Positions 29,501 to 43,600 are shown, counted from the first letter of the stretch. The stretch is 64,000 nt of DNA from Chrysomallon squamiferum (GCA_012295275.1 CM022671.1:30504001-30568000); one strand, 5' to 3'. The notes: generated by a model from the letters alone, not told the origin. Numbers and translations: made by a program.

Positions 29501-30287
29501 GTGGTCAAGATGTTCAGCAAAGACTTCTTCTGGCCAGTGGAGATCACGAATAAAAGACTGTAAGGCATCAAGTTTCCAGAGTATGTCTTCTGATGTGGAA
29601 CAACCATTTCTTTCAGAAAATGATATGAAAATATTACTGTTTACCAACATGTTCTTTCTTTCTTTTTACCTTTTGCCTTGAATGTCCAAGGCTTATTTAA
29701 CTGAAATCATTAAAATGATACCTGACAGTGTTAAAGTTAGATAATTTCCATTTATATTTAAAATAATTTAGAAAGTCACAAATATAAACACTAATAAAGA
29801 CACATATAAAATTAACAAAAGGATAACACCACTAAATTAATGAATTTTAATTATTGCTAGCTAGAGCCTTACTTCACAAAGTACATATTAACAATGAATT
29901 AGCTATGATTAAATAAACTAAGTTTAAAAATAAGTTAAAATATTTGATCTGCAGTTAGATAAATGAAGTATAAACAACTTTAAAGTTTAGGATAATACTT
30001 CTGGAATAAAAATTACAAAATTATGATTATTAATTACATACCCAACTTGGTCCCATTTCTCTCGTTCAAATCCCTTGTGAATTGACTGGGCAATGGAAGA
30101 TTCCATTAAATCCACATATCTGACAACTTGAGGTGCAAAAACATCTCGGAGCTGCTGATGAAATCTTCCATTGCATAAGTTTTCTAAAATAGTAAAAATT
30201 TCAACAGTTCATTTTTCTTTACAAACAAATGAACTTTTAAAATGAATCTATGAGATAAATCAGCAAAAAGAAAATTGTGCTTCCTAA

Positions 30288-30334
<47 letters not shown>

Positions 30335-33300
30335 TATCAAATATAAACATTTACTTGGGTGTTTTTTTAAGAGTTGTTACACAAAGAATGAAATATTTAA
30401 TCAAGAAAATAGTTTAATTCATCATTTTTATTAAACTGTCTCCTAAACAATATGAAAGTCAAAAACATTTCTTGCATAAACTGCTAACAAAACTTTCAAT
30501 ATTTATTTTAAAACACCAGTACTCACCATCTGTTCTGAGATAATCATTGAGTAGCTGAAAGAGTGGAAAACTGTCCCATGTGTCTGGAGGCTGGGCTTCA
30601 AGAACTGCATTCATGTCCACACCAAATAGAGACCAGAAAATCTCAGCATGTTGTACAAGCAAGTCACTAAACCAAGCAAATGCCTAAAGCAAACAATAAT
30701 CTTTAAAGAAACTTGTCTCCTTGTTTATTTATTTATTCATACTATTCACTCAAATTGTAAATTCATATTAAACCATTTAAAAAAATTAAACTGTACCCAC
30801 CCCGAATGAAAAACTAGACACTTTGAAAATATTACATTCGTCAAATGTAACCCTAAGAATATAGACATTTACTGGAAATTACAAACAGTATTTCTTTTTT
30901 TTAAATAATTTTTTAATGAAAATGTTACGATATTCATCTAGAGAAATAATCAAATATGTCTAAAACATTTTGAACTATGAAAAATGTGCTCAAAATACAT
31001 ACTGATGCTCTAACTCACACTCAGATGAACACAGTTAATGATACATTATGAAATAATGTAAGTAATTTGTGATGAAAACAACTGAGCTAATTTAAAAAAC
31101 TGAAACAAAAAATCAACTTGATGAAAATCTTGCAAGGTAAAACTTGGGAAAGAAAAATTAACAGAAAGGTGTCAATTTAGTAAAACACTGAAGCAGGTTA
31201 TGTAACAAGAAACTGACACACATCTTGTCACTATTTAGTCTTTAACATTTTATTGCTGTGTAAATAAAGAAGTCAGTTCTTTTTAATTAAGAGTGTAATC
31301 AAATTAATTAATTATAAAAAATAATAATCATTAGAATGAAAGAGAAAAGTGTGAAAGAAAAAGCATTAAATTATAAAATTTTGAGTTCAGAATAGTTTAA
31401 AAATTGCTTCCATGCAAATGACACACTCAAGCAGTTTGAAAGATATATATAAAAAACATACTTTATATTTTAATTCTCTGGTTTTGAGATATATAACTGA
31501 CAAATCTGGATATGCATATTTAACGTATGTTATGACAAATTAGTTAAGAAATACATAATTTTGTATCATAACAATGTATGAACAATATTTTAATAATATC
31601 ATGCATAACTGCTATAAAAATAATCTAAAAAATTTATCTACAAAGCTAAACGAAAAGTTAAAAATATAGAAATCAGTTATATAAAGATGTGTGTTACTAA
31701 TAATCTATTTGCAAAAAGGAAAGTGAATTTTAATCTATTTTGTGAGTCAATACAGTAACAAATCCTAGGAGTTCTCATCTATTCTATTTCTCATTCAAGC
31801 ATTGCTTGAAAAATAGGAAAATGAAAATAGCAAGCAAATTGTTGGTGACAATGTAACAAGATGTGTGTTATTGCACTCGCAGAATGGGTCACTCACCGAT
31901 CGAAATGCCTACAGCAGAAGAAGATAAAAAGCACAACAGCAAATTAATATTTTGATCATGCAGTTTGAAAGAACAGTTATTGGGTTGTGGTATATACCAA
32001 TATCTGTAGAACAGGTCTCAAAACAATCAAGATGCAGTCTGGTTTGGCTGCTGTAAGTTGCATTTGTGTGAATGTGATAGCAGCTTTTAACACATTATTT
32101 ATTATTACTGTTGTTTAGTTAGGTAATGCAGTACTAAAAAAAAAATTTAAAATGTTTTTTTCTCTCTTTAATGGCCAAAAGTAGGACAAGTTTTACAATA
32201 TAAAGATTCAAATTTACTGGAGTAATTTTGGATAAAAATGAATTAAACTTTTTCAAAGAATCTTTAATAATCCCAAGACTTATACTGAACGTAAATGATT
32301 GCTTGTTCTGGTTTCCAGTCATCTAAGTGCAGCTTGTTGGTGCTGTTCATTTTTTTTTGTTTATTTCTTTTATGAGTTACAAAATATAGCCCCTAAATTA
32401 AAATTTTATTAACATATTAGTCATTAAACATATTTAAAGTCTGAAGTTCTGATACGGAAACTGTTTTGTTCATGGTGAGAAAGAAAAGAAAAAGTATCGC
32501 AATGAAATTATTAAATTTATTTAATTTTAATTTTTGTTTAGTTTATTTATAAATGCTTATCACAATTCACAGGCAAAAGTTATTGTAATACTCACAACAT
32601 TCAATTATCTGATTATTATAAATTATTGTAAATGTGCATATATGAAATAAAAGGTCAGCTGAGAGTAGAGGCAAATTTATATTGATAAAAAATGGAGCAA
32701 AAAATAAATTCAAAACAAAACAAAAATAATGACCTTATTTGATACAGAAAATAAAATTGAACTTTAACAAAGTCGTTAAGAATTTTTACATCTTTAATTA
32801 AAGAGATCATTAATTTGTCTTTTTTCAATATATATTGTCTTAAAACAACTGCACTTAATGAAAAAAATTATCCTGATCATGATATATTATAGATCAAAAT
32901 AAAAGAGTAACACTTATAATGAAAGATAATATCAGAAATAGAGGCCTGCATGCTCTACATAAGAAAAAACACTCTGTTCCATTTACAAATTAATAAAACA
33001 ATTAAAATAAGAAAAACCCCCAAAAACAATATACATAAAACAATTATAGTTTAATGGAATTTTAAAGATGTCTAAATTTTATATTTACTAAATAATAATA
33101 ATGTTTCTGGTTTTCTTTAACTTTGCCACCTGTTACCCTTGGCTGACCATGCCTGTAAAATGTAACCTGTGAAAAATATGCGAATGTTATTTTTTTCACA
33201 TAGGTTTCCAACACCAAATCAGACTGCACTAGACAGGAAGCTTGCCACAACAGCAAACTTATTGCAGTTTTACAAAAACTTGTCCTTTTTTTGCCAAATT

Positions 33301-34793
33301 TTGATCCTAACCAAAATATCTATGTTACAGCTTCATAAATTCAGGTTTATTTTTAAAAAAGGAAAAAGAAGAAAAAAAAAAAAAAGAATGAGAAAAGAAA
33401 TAGAAATAACAATAAACACAGAACAAACAAACCCCAAATATGTGTTGATAATTAAATTCCAAGGACAAATTTTAGTGTGACTGCTACATAAGGTAAACTG
33501 CAAAGCACAAAATTCACGAAACAAATATTCAGATATACACATTCCACAAACTTTTGGGGTGTATTGCCAAGCAGTTTGATGATGCTTAACTAATGAGAAT
33601 AATATTTGTGATCATTTCAAAACTTGAATGATTTTCTTTTATAATATTTATTTTCATACATCAATCAGTTTTTAATATCTTTTTTTTATTTTTCCTTCTT
33701 AAATTCCTAACAAATATTTCTCTCTCCAATCTTCATGTATTTGAATTATTAGTAAAGGTTAATCCTTAGAATTTAAATTCAGTGAGTTTATATATTAGAT
33801 CAGTATGTATAAAATAACAGACAAAAATACCAATACCCTTAGGAGATGATTCTCAACATACATATATTACAAATCTGTTTTTATTTTTTTTTTTTTAAAA
33901 AAAATTAAAACCAAAGAAAAGGAAATGAAACCTCATGATGATATTAATGTCAAAATGCTTAGTTCAAACACTAACCTCTGCATGATGTTCTTCATTCTGC
34001 TGCAGAACCTCAATGCAAAGTTCTGCAAGGTGCATTATATCCTCCAGTTTTTCTTGGGTGGTACATCATCAGCTAGAACATCTAAACAGCAAAACAAAAT
34101 GCTTTGGTATCTACATAATGCATAAATGATTAATTTGTTTGTAATTTGAAAATAAACATGTTTCTTGTTATTTAAATTGTAAAACAAATAAATGAAATTA
34201 TTACAAACAAGTATTCAGATGAACCTATTTGAAAATGCACATTTCAACCTCTCCATGACTTATCAACAAGTTTCATAGTTTTCAATCCTGATGAACCCTG
34301 ATCAATTTCATTTAATATAGTTTCTAATTCTAAGTAATATAATTACTCCAGTAAATGTTGTTATTATATGCTGCAATTTTCTGTAACTGTTTAATTTTAT
34401 TGTAGGTAACACATGAAAATAATAAATAATCCCATTACTATATTCTCAACAGCAGCAAGATGATGACATATACTGTCTGTATTTACTAAATTTAAAACAT
34501 GTTATATTCAGCTTATTTTCTATTATTATATAATTTTTTCCTAGTTGATTATTTAAATACCAACACTGTAGCTATTATCTATTGAATAACCAAGGAGTTA
34601 ACAGTCAGTTTATCTAGAGTTGATTGATTTGTTATAACGTTTACAGTGTACAGAATTATAACTGAAATACAAAATACATTTATCTTTTTTAGATGTGATG
34701 TTTTACAGAACACAAACTACAACTAAATATATTTCTGTTACTGTAAATTTATTAATTAAATTTAAAGAAGAGGTGAAAGAAACACTGAAAAAC

Positions 34794-34827
<34 letters not shown>

Positions 34828-37572
34828 ACTTGATACAAGCAAACCATTGACAAAAAAATTAAAATTATAAGAATCATTTAAAAAAAAACAATGTAAATAG
34901 ACATGTATCTAATTAAAATACAATAAATCCCATTTTGAAAAATATGGACTATCCTATGTGCATTTTTCAAAACAGATTTTCAGATCTAATTCATATTTTT
35001 AATATCTTACAGTTTATAACTGATTGACCTCTATCCAAATGGGTTACCTATCCACTTGTGGCCTGCATTTTACATAATGCCCCCCACCTACCCTCCCAAA
35101 AATGAGTGACCTATTCTTAATGCATAAATATAAAATAGTGATGTATGAAACTGTTAGTTCATTTAAAGTTAACTTAATAAACTTATTTAGTTATTTATTT
35201 ATGTTGTTAGCAAGAAGTGGGCAGAGTAACAAAATCTTGCAGAAAAATGTCTTCTGTAAAAGTAATATTATATTCCATAAGTGTCTCATTTCTAATGAGA
35301 TTCTTTCTGTTATGGAATGGAATAAAATAAAAAATAATTTAGAAATAGTAAAAATGCAGCTCATATTTCCAAATAAAACACTGTAATTTAAATTAAAAAT
35401 GAGGTTCTTTCTGTTATGGAATGTAATAAAATTAAAAATAATTTAGACATAGTAAAATTGCAGCTTAAATTTCCTAATCCAAAAATGTAATTTAAACAAA
35501 AAATGAGGTTCTTTCGGTTATGAAATGGAATAAAATTAAAAATAATTTAGAAACAGTAAAAATGCAGCTTAAATTTCCAAATCCAAACAATGTAATTTAA
35601 ATAAAAAATGAGGTTCTTTTGTTATGGAATGGAATAAAATTTAAAATAATTTAGAAATAGTAAAAATGCAGCTTAAATTTCCAAATCCAAACAATGTAAT
35701 TTAAATAAAAAATGAGGTTCTTTCTGTCATGGAATGGAATAAAATTAAAAATAATTTAGAAATAGTAAAAATGCAGCTTAAATTTCCAAATCCAAACAAT
35801 GTAATTTAAATTAAAAATGAGGTTCTTTCTGTCATGGAATGGAATAAAATTAAAAATAATTTAGAAATAGTAAAAATGCTGCCTAAATTTCCAAATTAAA
35901 ACAATGTAATTTAAATAAAAAATGAGGTTCTTTCTGTTATGGAATGGAATAAAATTAAAAATAATTTAGAAATAGTAAAAATGCAGCTTAAATTTCCAAA
36001 TCCAAACAATGTAATTTAAATAAAAAATGAGGTTATTTGTTGTGGAATGGAATAAAATTTAAAATAATTTAGAAATAGTAAAAATGCTGCCTAAATTTCC
36101 AAATCCAATCAATGTAATTTAAATACAAAATGAGATTCTTTCTATTATGGAATGGAATAAAATTTTAAATAATTTAGAAATAGTAAAAATGCAGCTTAAA
36201 TTTCCAATTCCAATTAATGTAATTTAAATTAAAAATGAGGTTATTTGTGTTATGGAATAGAATAAAATTTAAAATAATTTAAAAATAGTAAAAATGCTGC
36301 CTAAATTTCCAAATCCAAACAATAATAATAATAATGATGATGATGATGATGATAATAATAATAAAAAATAAAAGACATACAAAAATTCATTTAGTGTTAA
36401 CTTGTTTAGTTAATTTTAAAAATATTTATAATGCCTTTAATATTAGACTTTGGCTGCCATAAATGAATGAAATAGTTTTTATCAATAAAACTAATAAGAT
36501 ACAAAATGCAATAAAGGACACTATAATGGGCAAGTGGGGAAATTTGAAAATAGAAGGGTAAATGTATCATACTAAACATCTAAATAGGCAAGTTAAAAAT
36601 AAAAATAAAAATAAAAATAAAAATAACTTGTTTTACTGGTGTTACAGTCTGTGAAAGCGAGGTGGTATCCAGTGGTAACTGCCTGAATTCAGTAAGCTGT
36701 GAAAGTGTGGAAACTAAATTAATATCACATGAAAATGCTAATGACAACAACATGCGAATTTTAAAAACATTTAAAAAATCCAAATAAGTGAAAACAGTGA
36801 AAATTATTAACTTATTTCATGAACTGCTTTAAACAAGTTTTTCTGCAGTACAATGTGATAATAAGAGAATAAAATTTTTTTTGTTTTTAAATTCTTATTC
36901 TAAGATTCATTTTCTAATTTAGTCAATCAGGGAAAAAAAAAAAAAAAAAAAAAAAAAAATAATGGTAATAGCCATAGATATTTATTAGCATTTTTCAGGT
37001 TATGTTTAAAATTTCTTGGAAGCAATTGATACCTAACAATATTCTCAGGAAATTAAATTAAAAAAAACTGCAAAAACTTGCTTAGATTTACTTTTGTTAT
37101 TAAATCAATAAACCTATTTAATAATTTTACTCTTGAAGTGAAATTTTTGTACATGTATTACATTTAGCTGTATTTTCAGATAAAATGTATCATGTAAAGA
37201 GAAACACATTCTTCACAAAATCCACTGGATTCAAATAACAACAGTGAAAGCTGGGGTCAAAATGAACATAAATAAATCAAAAATGGGCATGAACTCTAAC
37301 TACAACATCAATACCTACCATTAACTCCTGTAAATGAGGCAGAAAGACATAATAAAAAATACTCTCTTTAAAACAACTAACTATATCTGCTTAATGAAGC
37401 AGCAAAAATGTATTGTTTATTTTTGTTTATTTTCATAATTATCAGAAGTACTTTTATATCCAAAAATCAAGTGAAAATCAGCTTTCAAAAATTAATATGC
37501 ATTCTTCTTATCTTATTCACGAATTCTGTAATAAAGATGACAGTGAAAGGGTTATAGAAAAAAAAAAAATAT

Positions 37573-37615
<43 letters not shown>

Positions 37616-40600
37616 GATCAATAACAATTTAAATGTTGTTAAAAAGATGAAAAACCCTCAGAACAACTAATATTAAAAAAAGAAGAAAATAAATTTAAAA
37701 AAAAGGAAAGGAAAAAAGATATTTAATAAATACAGAAACACAAAAACGGTAAGTAATAATTATATACAAAGATTAAATTATGATACATACGACTTTATCT
37801 AAATTTGTGTACATTGGACATTTTCTCTCTCTAACACACACACAAACACATTCTTGTACCATAATTCAATAGATAATTACTGAAAAGGCAATAACAAAAG
37901 CCCCGTTTGTGTTATTTAATATACCTCAGATGTAATTATATTCTATGCATGGCAACATATGTTGTATTTTGCAAAGCACATAGGTCACAGAAACTGTCAA
38001 CATACTTTCAGACCTCACTTAACAATAGTTCTACAATATGCAAGTATTATTATTTTTTTCAAATTTAACTTTCAGTTACAGTTAATGGATTTTTTTTTTT
38101 TTTTTGGTTTTTTACATATGCTTTTAACACTGGTAAACAAAGAAGAAATAATTTTAATTATAAGAATAATGATAATAAAAACAATGACAGATGAAAAAAT
38201 TGTGGATTTTGATTTTATCACTGGAAAATGCCAGTAATTTAATAAAAACCCAACAACAAACTTTTTTTCTGTTATCTATTTTTTTGAATTTGATATAGAG
38301 AAAATTTAGAATGCAAAATAATTCTTACTTTTATATATAAATAATTGTTTTACAAAAAAAGGAAAGAAAACAATAGAGTGGGAAGAAAAGAAAGATAAAA
38401 TTGTAACTGCACTAATAATAATAATAATAATAATAAAATACAGAAGAAAATAAATAATTGTTTTTCATTTGTAAATGTAATATTTAAATAATTAAAATAT
38501 TTTAAAAACATCAATTTTCTAACAAAATTCACATTAAAAAACAAATAATTTCTCCAAAACTAAATTACTTTTTAAAAAAAACTAATAATTAAACAAGTTA
38601 TTATTTCACAGAAAACAGCAGTAATAAAAAGTTAAAGAAACTAAAATAAAACAAATATTTTAATTGAAATTAATAACGTAGTTTATAAAATTGCCTTGAT
38701 CCAGTATAGTAATGATAAAAATACCAAAATAAAACTGAACAGGTTTACTCTATTATCAATATTCATATTAAAAACCAAATAAAAATCAAATAGATACAAA
38801 AATAAAGCAATGAAACTTTATAATTATTCAAAATACAGAGAAAAATTTATTGTCAAGAAAAAAATGTAAGAAATAAAGTTGGTGAAAATTCAATTAGAGA
38901 GCAAAAGAAAACAATCACTCTACTGCTTTTTTTAACCTAAAAATTCACTTTAATTTATTTAGTGAAAATGCCATTTTAACAGTTTGGAATTTATTAAAAT
39001 GAAAACTTTTAAATCAAATATTATTTAATCTATTTTGTAAAAAAAATGTTACAAAATACTGCAAACTGAAAAAATATATAATTATAGACACAATAAAAAT
39101 TTAAAAAAATGAAATAATCTAAAATATCTACTATCTGAACACTGACAAACTGAAAATATTCTAAACATAATAACAAGTGTCTGAACAAAAATTAAAATAA
39201 TGTGCTAACAGAGAATTACTTTAAAAGTTCACCTTTTTTACGTCCTTCAAGTTTAATAGAAGAGAGACATTTTACAATAAAATTTTATTTCACGGAACAA
39301 TCAATAAAAGATTATTTACTTTTAACAGTAATTAAAACATTGCTATATTTAACAACTGTTGTATTTTAATTGAAATTCTAGAAAAATTCATTAAATCTAT
39401 TATATATACATTTAAAACTTATTTCAAATTAAAACTTTTAATATATTTTTTATATACATATTAATTTTGGTAACGTAATTTTAATAAAAAAATTTGAATA
39501 AGTTAGTGGAGTTGATAAGAAAGATAATGCAAAATAAATAGATATGTGAAGAAAAAAATATAAAATAAAAATAAAACACACCTTCAATTTTTGCATATTC
39601 TGAGACTCTTGTGTAGTTAACAAGAGCTGCATTTTCCAAACACTTCTTGATCACCTGTCTGACTTCTTCAGGTGGGACTGGTGTCACAATATCTTTCATC
39701 AGTACCTGTTATAATGCAGCAAGCTTATTTTTATAATGAACTTTTATGAAAACCGTAACACTAAACCCTAATCCACAACTTTTAACCCTAATCTTAACCT
39801 TAACCCTAAACTTTAACTCTTAAACCTAACCCTACCATGAATTAAATCTAGTTGTGCATTTTTCTTTTAGTTAAGTTCTTATTTTTAAACTGGTAATGTA
39901 TAGTACCCATATTTGATCATGTGTAATTGTTTAGTAGCAGGTGGAGTATCAATTTAATGATCAAATGATTTTAAAAAAATGATAAAGTTTTTATAATTAG
40001 CACATTTTTAAAGTAAGACCACCTTTAAAATAAATAAAAAATATAAAAAAATAAATTTTTTTTTTTGATGTACCATATCCAAGCAGTTAATATACTTAAA
40101 TGAAAATCTACATGTGAATGAAAAAAGCTGTCCTGTTGTGGATTAAAAGTATAATTAAGAAAAAAATTTGCTTTTTTCTGGGGTTTTCTGGTTTTTTTTT
40201 CAAAACACTGAATTAAAGAAATCAAAAATTAGTATGATGTGCCAGTGAGTGGTTTTTTTTTTTACATTTTAATGCATTAATTTTATAGACTGACACCTCT
40301 GGCACATATTAAAAATATTCAGAAAAATATATAACTGGCTTTTACTTCCAGAACAAAGTATTAAGAAATCAGCTACAAACTGATTATGTTAGTATTTGAT
40401 TTTGTTGGCATACAAAAAAGAAAACAAACATATTTTGTTAAACAAAAAGGAAAACCAAATGCAAGAAACTAATTAAAACCTCACCCTCTCTAAAAGAGAT
40501 AATGTGGCTTTTAGAGCACCTTCTGGTCTTCCAAAAGGAAAGCAGTATCTAGAAAGCAACAATCATTTTGGTAATAAAAATATAATGCAAAAATGTTTTT

Positions 40601-43600
40601 ACTACTCATATAACAAAACTATTTTTCTTGAAGATGTTATGATTGAAACAATAACCAACCATTTACTATTTGGAAAATAATTTTATGACAATTACACCAT
40701 TGTTCACAAAATAAATAAATACCAAACATATTTGTATGTTAGAACAGCCATTTACATATTATGCTATTTTTTGTTATGTATTCTGTAATTATATGACATG
40801 TGAATATATAATAAATAAGAAAATCAAAATACAAACAAAGAACAATAAAGAAGAAATAATTTAAGTAATGATGAATTCAATGATATCATAGAACTGAAAA
40901 ACAGTATTGTATATAGCTCTGAAGAGGACTGATCCTAGGACCAGAAAAATTTCAAATCTGTACTCTAACACTGAGTTCCTTTGTTTGTTCCATGAACAAC
41001 AGTATTCAGTAAATATTTACCTGAAATGTGTAATTTGGTTTTCAAGCAGAATTCTCAGCCTTTCCTTAATTTCATCAAACTTCTCTTTCTCACAGTACAA
41101 CACAGTACCAATGCCATCAGGTCTGAAATATTAAAAAAAACAATAGAAATAACATAAAACAAAACAAAACAAAACAAAACAAAACAATAAATAATAACAC
41201 TTTAAAAAATGGCTTAAATCAATATATGACTGATATTAACTCTTAATATGAATAATTATTTCTTCTTTTTTAAAATATTAATTTCTCTAATACTGAAATA
41301 AACTGAATAGTCTGTTCATTTTAGAAATGTTAATTGTAAACTGCAATTTGAAAAATATCTACAGCAGAATAAAAAGCTTTTTAATTTCCAAGAGTTACCT
41401 ATTTTACTTTTATTCATATAAACAAAATATCTAAATGACAATTTAGCAGGTCATAACAATTACAAATCTGGTTGAAATGATCCAAAATATTTTGTATAAA
41501 AGCCACTAACCTGTTTCCATGTACATGTGATGCACAAAATGCAAAGCTGTAGTGTATCAGTGTTGGGTCAATCATAATGCCCTTCTCAGCACGCTCCAGC
41601 AAGTCATTCAGGTAACACAAGTGTCGATGACATCCTCGTACACCATATCGAGCACAGTATTCATCCAGAACAAACACCTGTCCAGGGCTGAACCACCCCT
41701 AGAAAAAATAAAAAATAAAAAAAAATATAAAAAAGATTATTTTAGAGACTACAAATTCAAAGTAAGGTAAAATAATTAGTCATCATAATGTAAAATACAT
41801 AATAAATTAACTCTTACTGTAATTAAATATAACTTTTTTATTACAATATAATATTGAAGTTACTAGCATTTTTTGTTACTGCCACTAATAATAAAATATA
41901 GAGCAAAACAGTTTTGTCTCCATATACATTATTGGGCAAATAAGATAGATTCTCTAATAATAATAATAAACATACCAGGCAGGTGTAAGCATCATCCAGT
42001 CTGTAGTCAAGGGTAAGTGTCTGCAGTAACTTGAAAAGATCATGGTGATCAAATGTACATGGATCACCTTGAACAAACTCGTCAAGTCCATGTTTCCGTG
42101 CTCTGTCTGCATCTATAATACAATGAATATCATTAACAACAACTGTAATAACAATAATAATAATAATAGCAACGGTTTTTAAAATAAATCTATTGCAATC
42201 AATTCAAATTGTCAAACCACTAACTAATTCTAATTTCTTATTTATTTCAGCAAAAAGCATTGTATTTAGAAAAATAAAAATGTCTAAGAGAGGCTGCTAA
42301 CTGCAATATTCAAAAGTCAGAAAAGTGCTTGTTTTCTGTGTAATGTTTCTATGCAGTGTAAAGATATACTCTGCATTTCCAAAATATTATATATTACATT
42401 ACAAAAAGCTATATTTAAAGTATTTCAAAGCTAGTTTTCAAAGCTCCGTACATAATAAACTGCATTTAAAATATATTTTTTTTTAAACTTTACCTCCCTG
42501 CATTCTAGAAATCTGTGTGTTGCTAATTTTGTTGGTTTGGACGACTGGAGGTACAGGTTTATGGGTCTGTCCTGTGGCTCTGTAAATAGCTTGAACCCAC
42601 AGTGTACGTTCCGATTCATCTTCTGTAGCAAATGTCACATTGTCTCCCTCTTTTACCAGATTGAAAAAGCATTTGCCACCTTCAAATTCTAAAACAATAT
42701 AAAATAAAATAAAATAAAATAAAATAAAATAAAATAAAATGAAATTAAATTAAATAATAGAATAGAATAGAACAGAACAGAACAGAACAGAACAGAACAG
42801 AACAGAACAGAACAGAACAGAATAGAAAAACATTAAATTAAATAATAGAATTAAACTGAATAGAATAGAACAGAATTGATTAGAATTGAATAAAATAAAA
42901 TAAAATAAAATAAAAGTGGTAGCAGTGGTTTGTAACAATATCTTTTTAATTAAGACACCACACAATGAAGTGGATAAAACAGTTACAAAATATTTATTTT
43001 AAATAAAAATACAGGTACAGTTAACAGGGGAATGATAACTTTTAGCAAAAGATTTCTATTATTATGAAAAAATTAAAAAATATAGTTTGCATAAAAAAAA
43101 TGTTATGATTATGTTCAAAAGATTTATAGTCAAACTGGTAAATACCAAGATAATGTATTTTGCTCTTTACCTGTCAATAAGGTATATAAATATATATATG
43201 AAACAAAAGAGGAATACCTGGTAATGGTTCACAATAGTCCACAGTAAACCCATCAAGCTGCATCATTTCTGTTGGGTCTGGTTTTTTCTCACGATAGCTG
43301 CACATGGCAAATGTGTACTGAGATACCTATTTACAAACATAAAAAAATTAATCATATCAGTACCACCTCTAATAAATAATCATCCTGGATCAAAGCAGAA
43401 ATAATTAAATTTTATTTTAAATATACATCAAAAAAATTCAAAACTACATTTGTACCTGAACAAGCACAAAATATCTTTTCTTCCATTTTTTCCAGACAGT
43501 TTTTCCAAAGGCATAGAGGTACCTGAAAGCAAAAATACTGTGTATTATTTACTCAGTAACAGTAATGATTAATTAATATAATCAGTTAATCCTAATCATC

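Noticed and set aside
35294-36323. Regularly spaced repeats resembling a CRISPR array
   Set aside because: Whole units repeat with no unique spacers, there are no cas genes, and the context is a eukaryotic intron.
37925-37942. 18-nt AG..GT segment in CADPS intron 15 (catag|AATATAATTACATCTGAG|gtatat)
   Set aside because: In the required phase 1 it contains TGA and the pyrimidine tract is poor; at most a poison exon, and unsupported.
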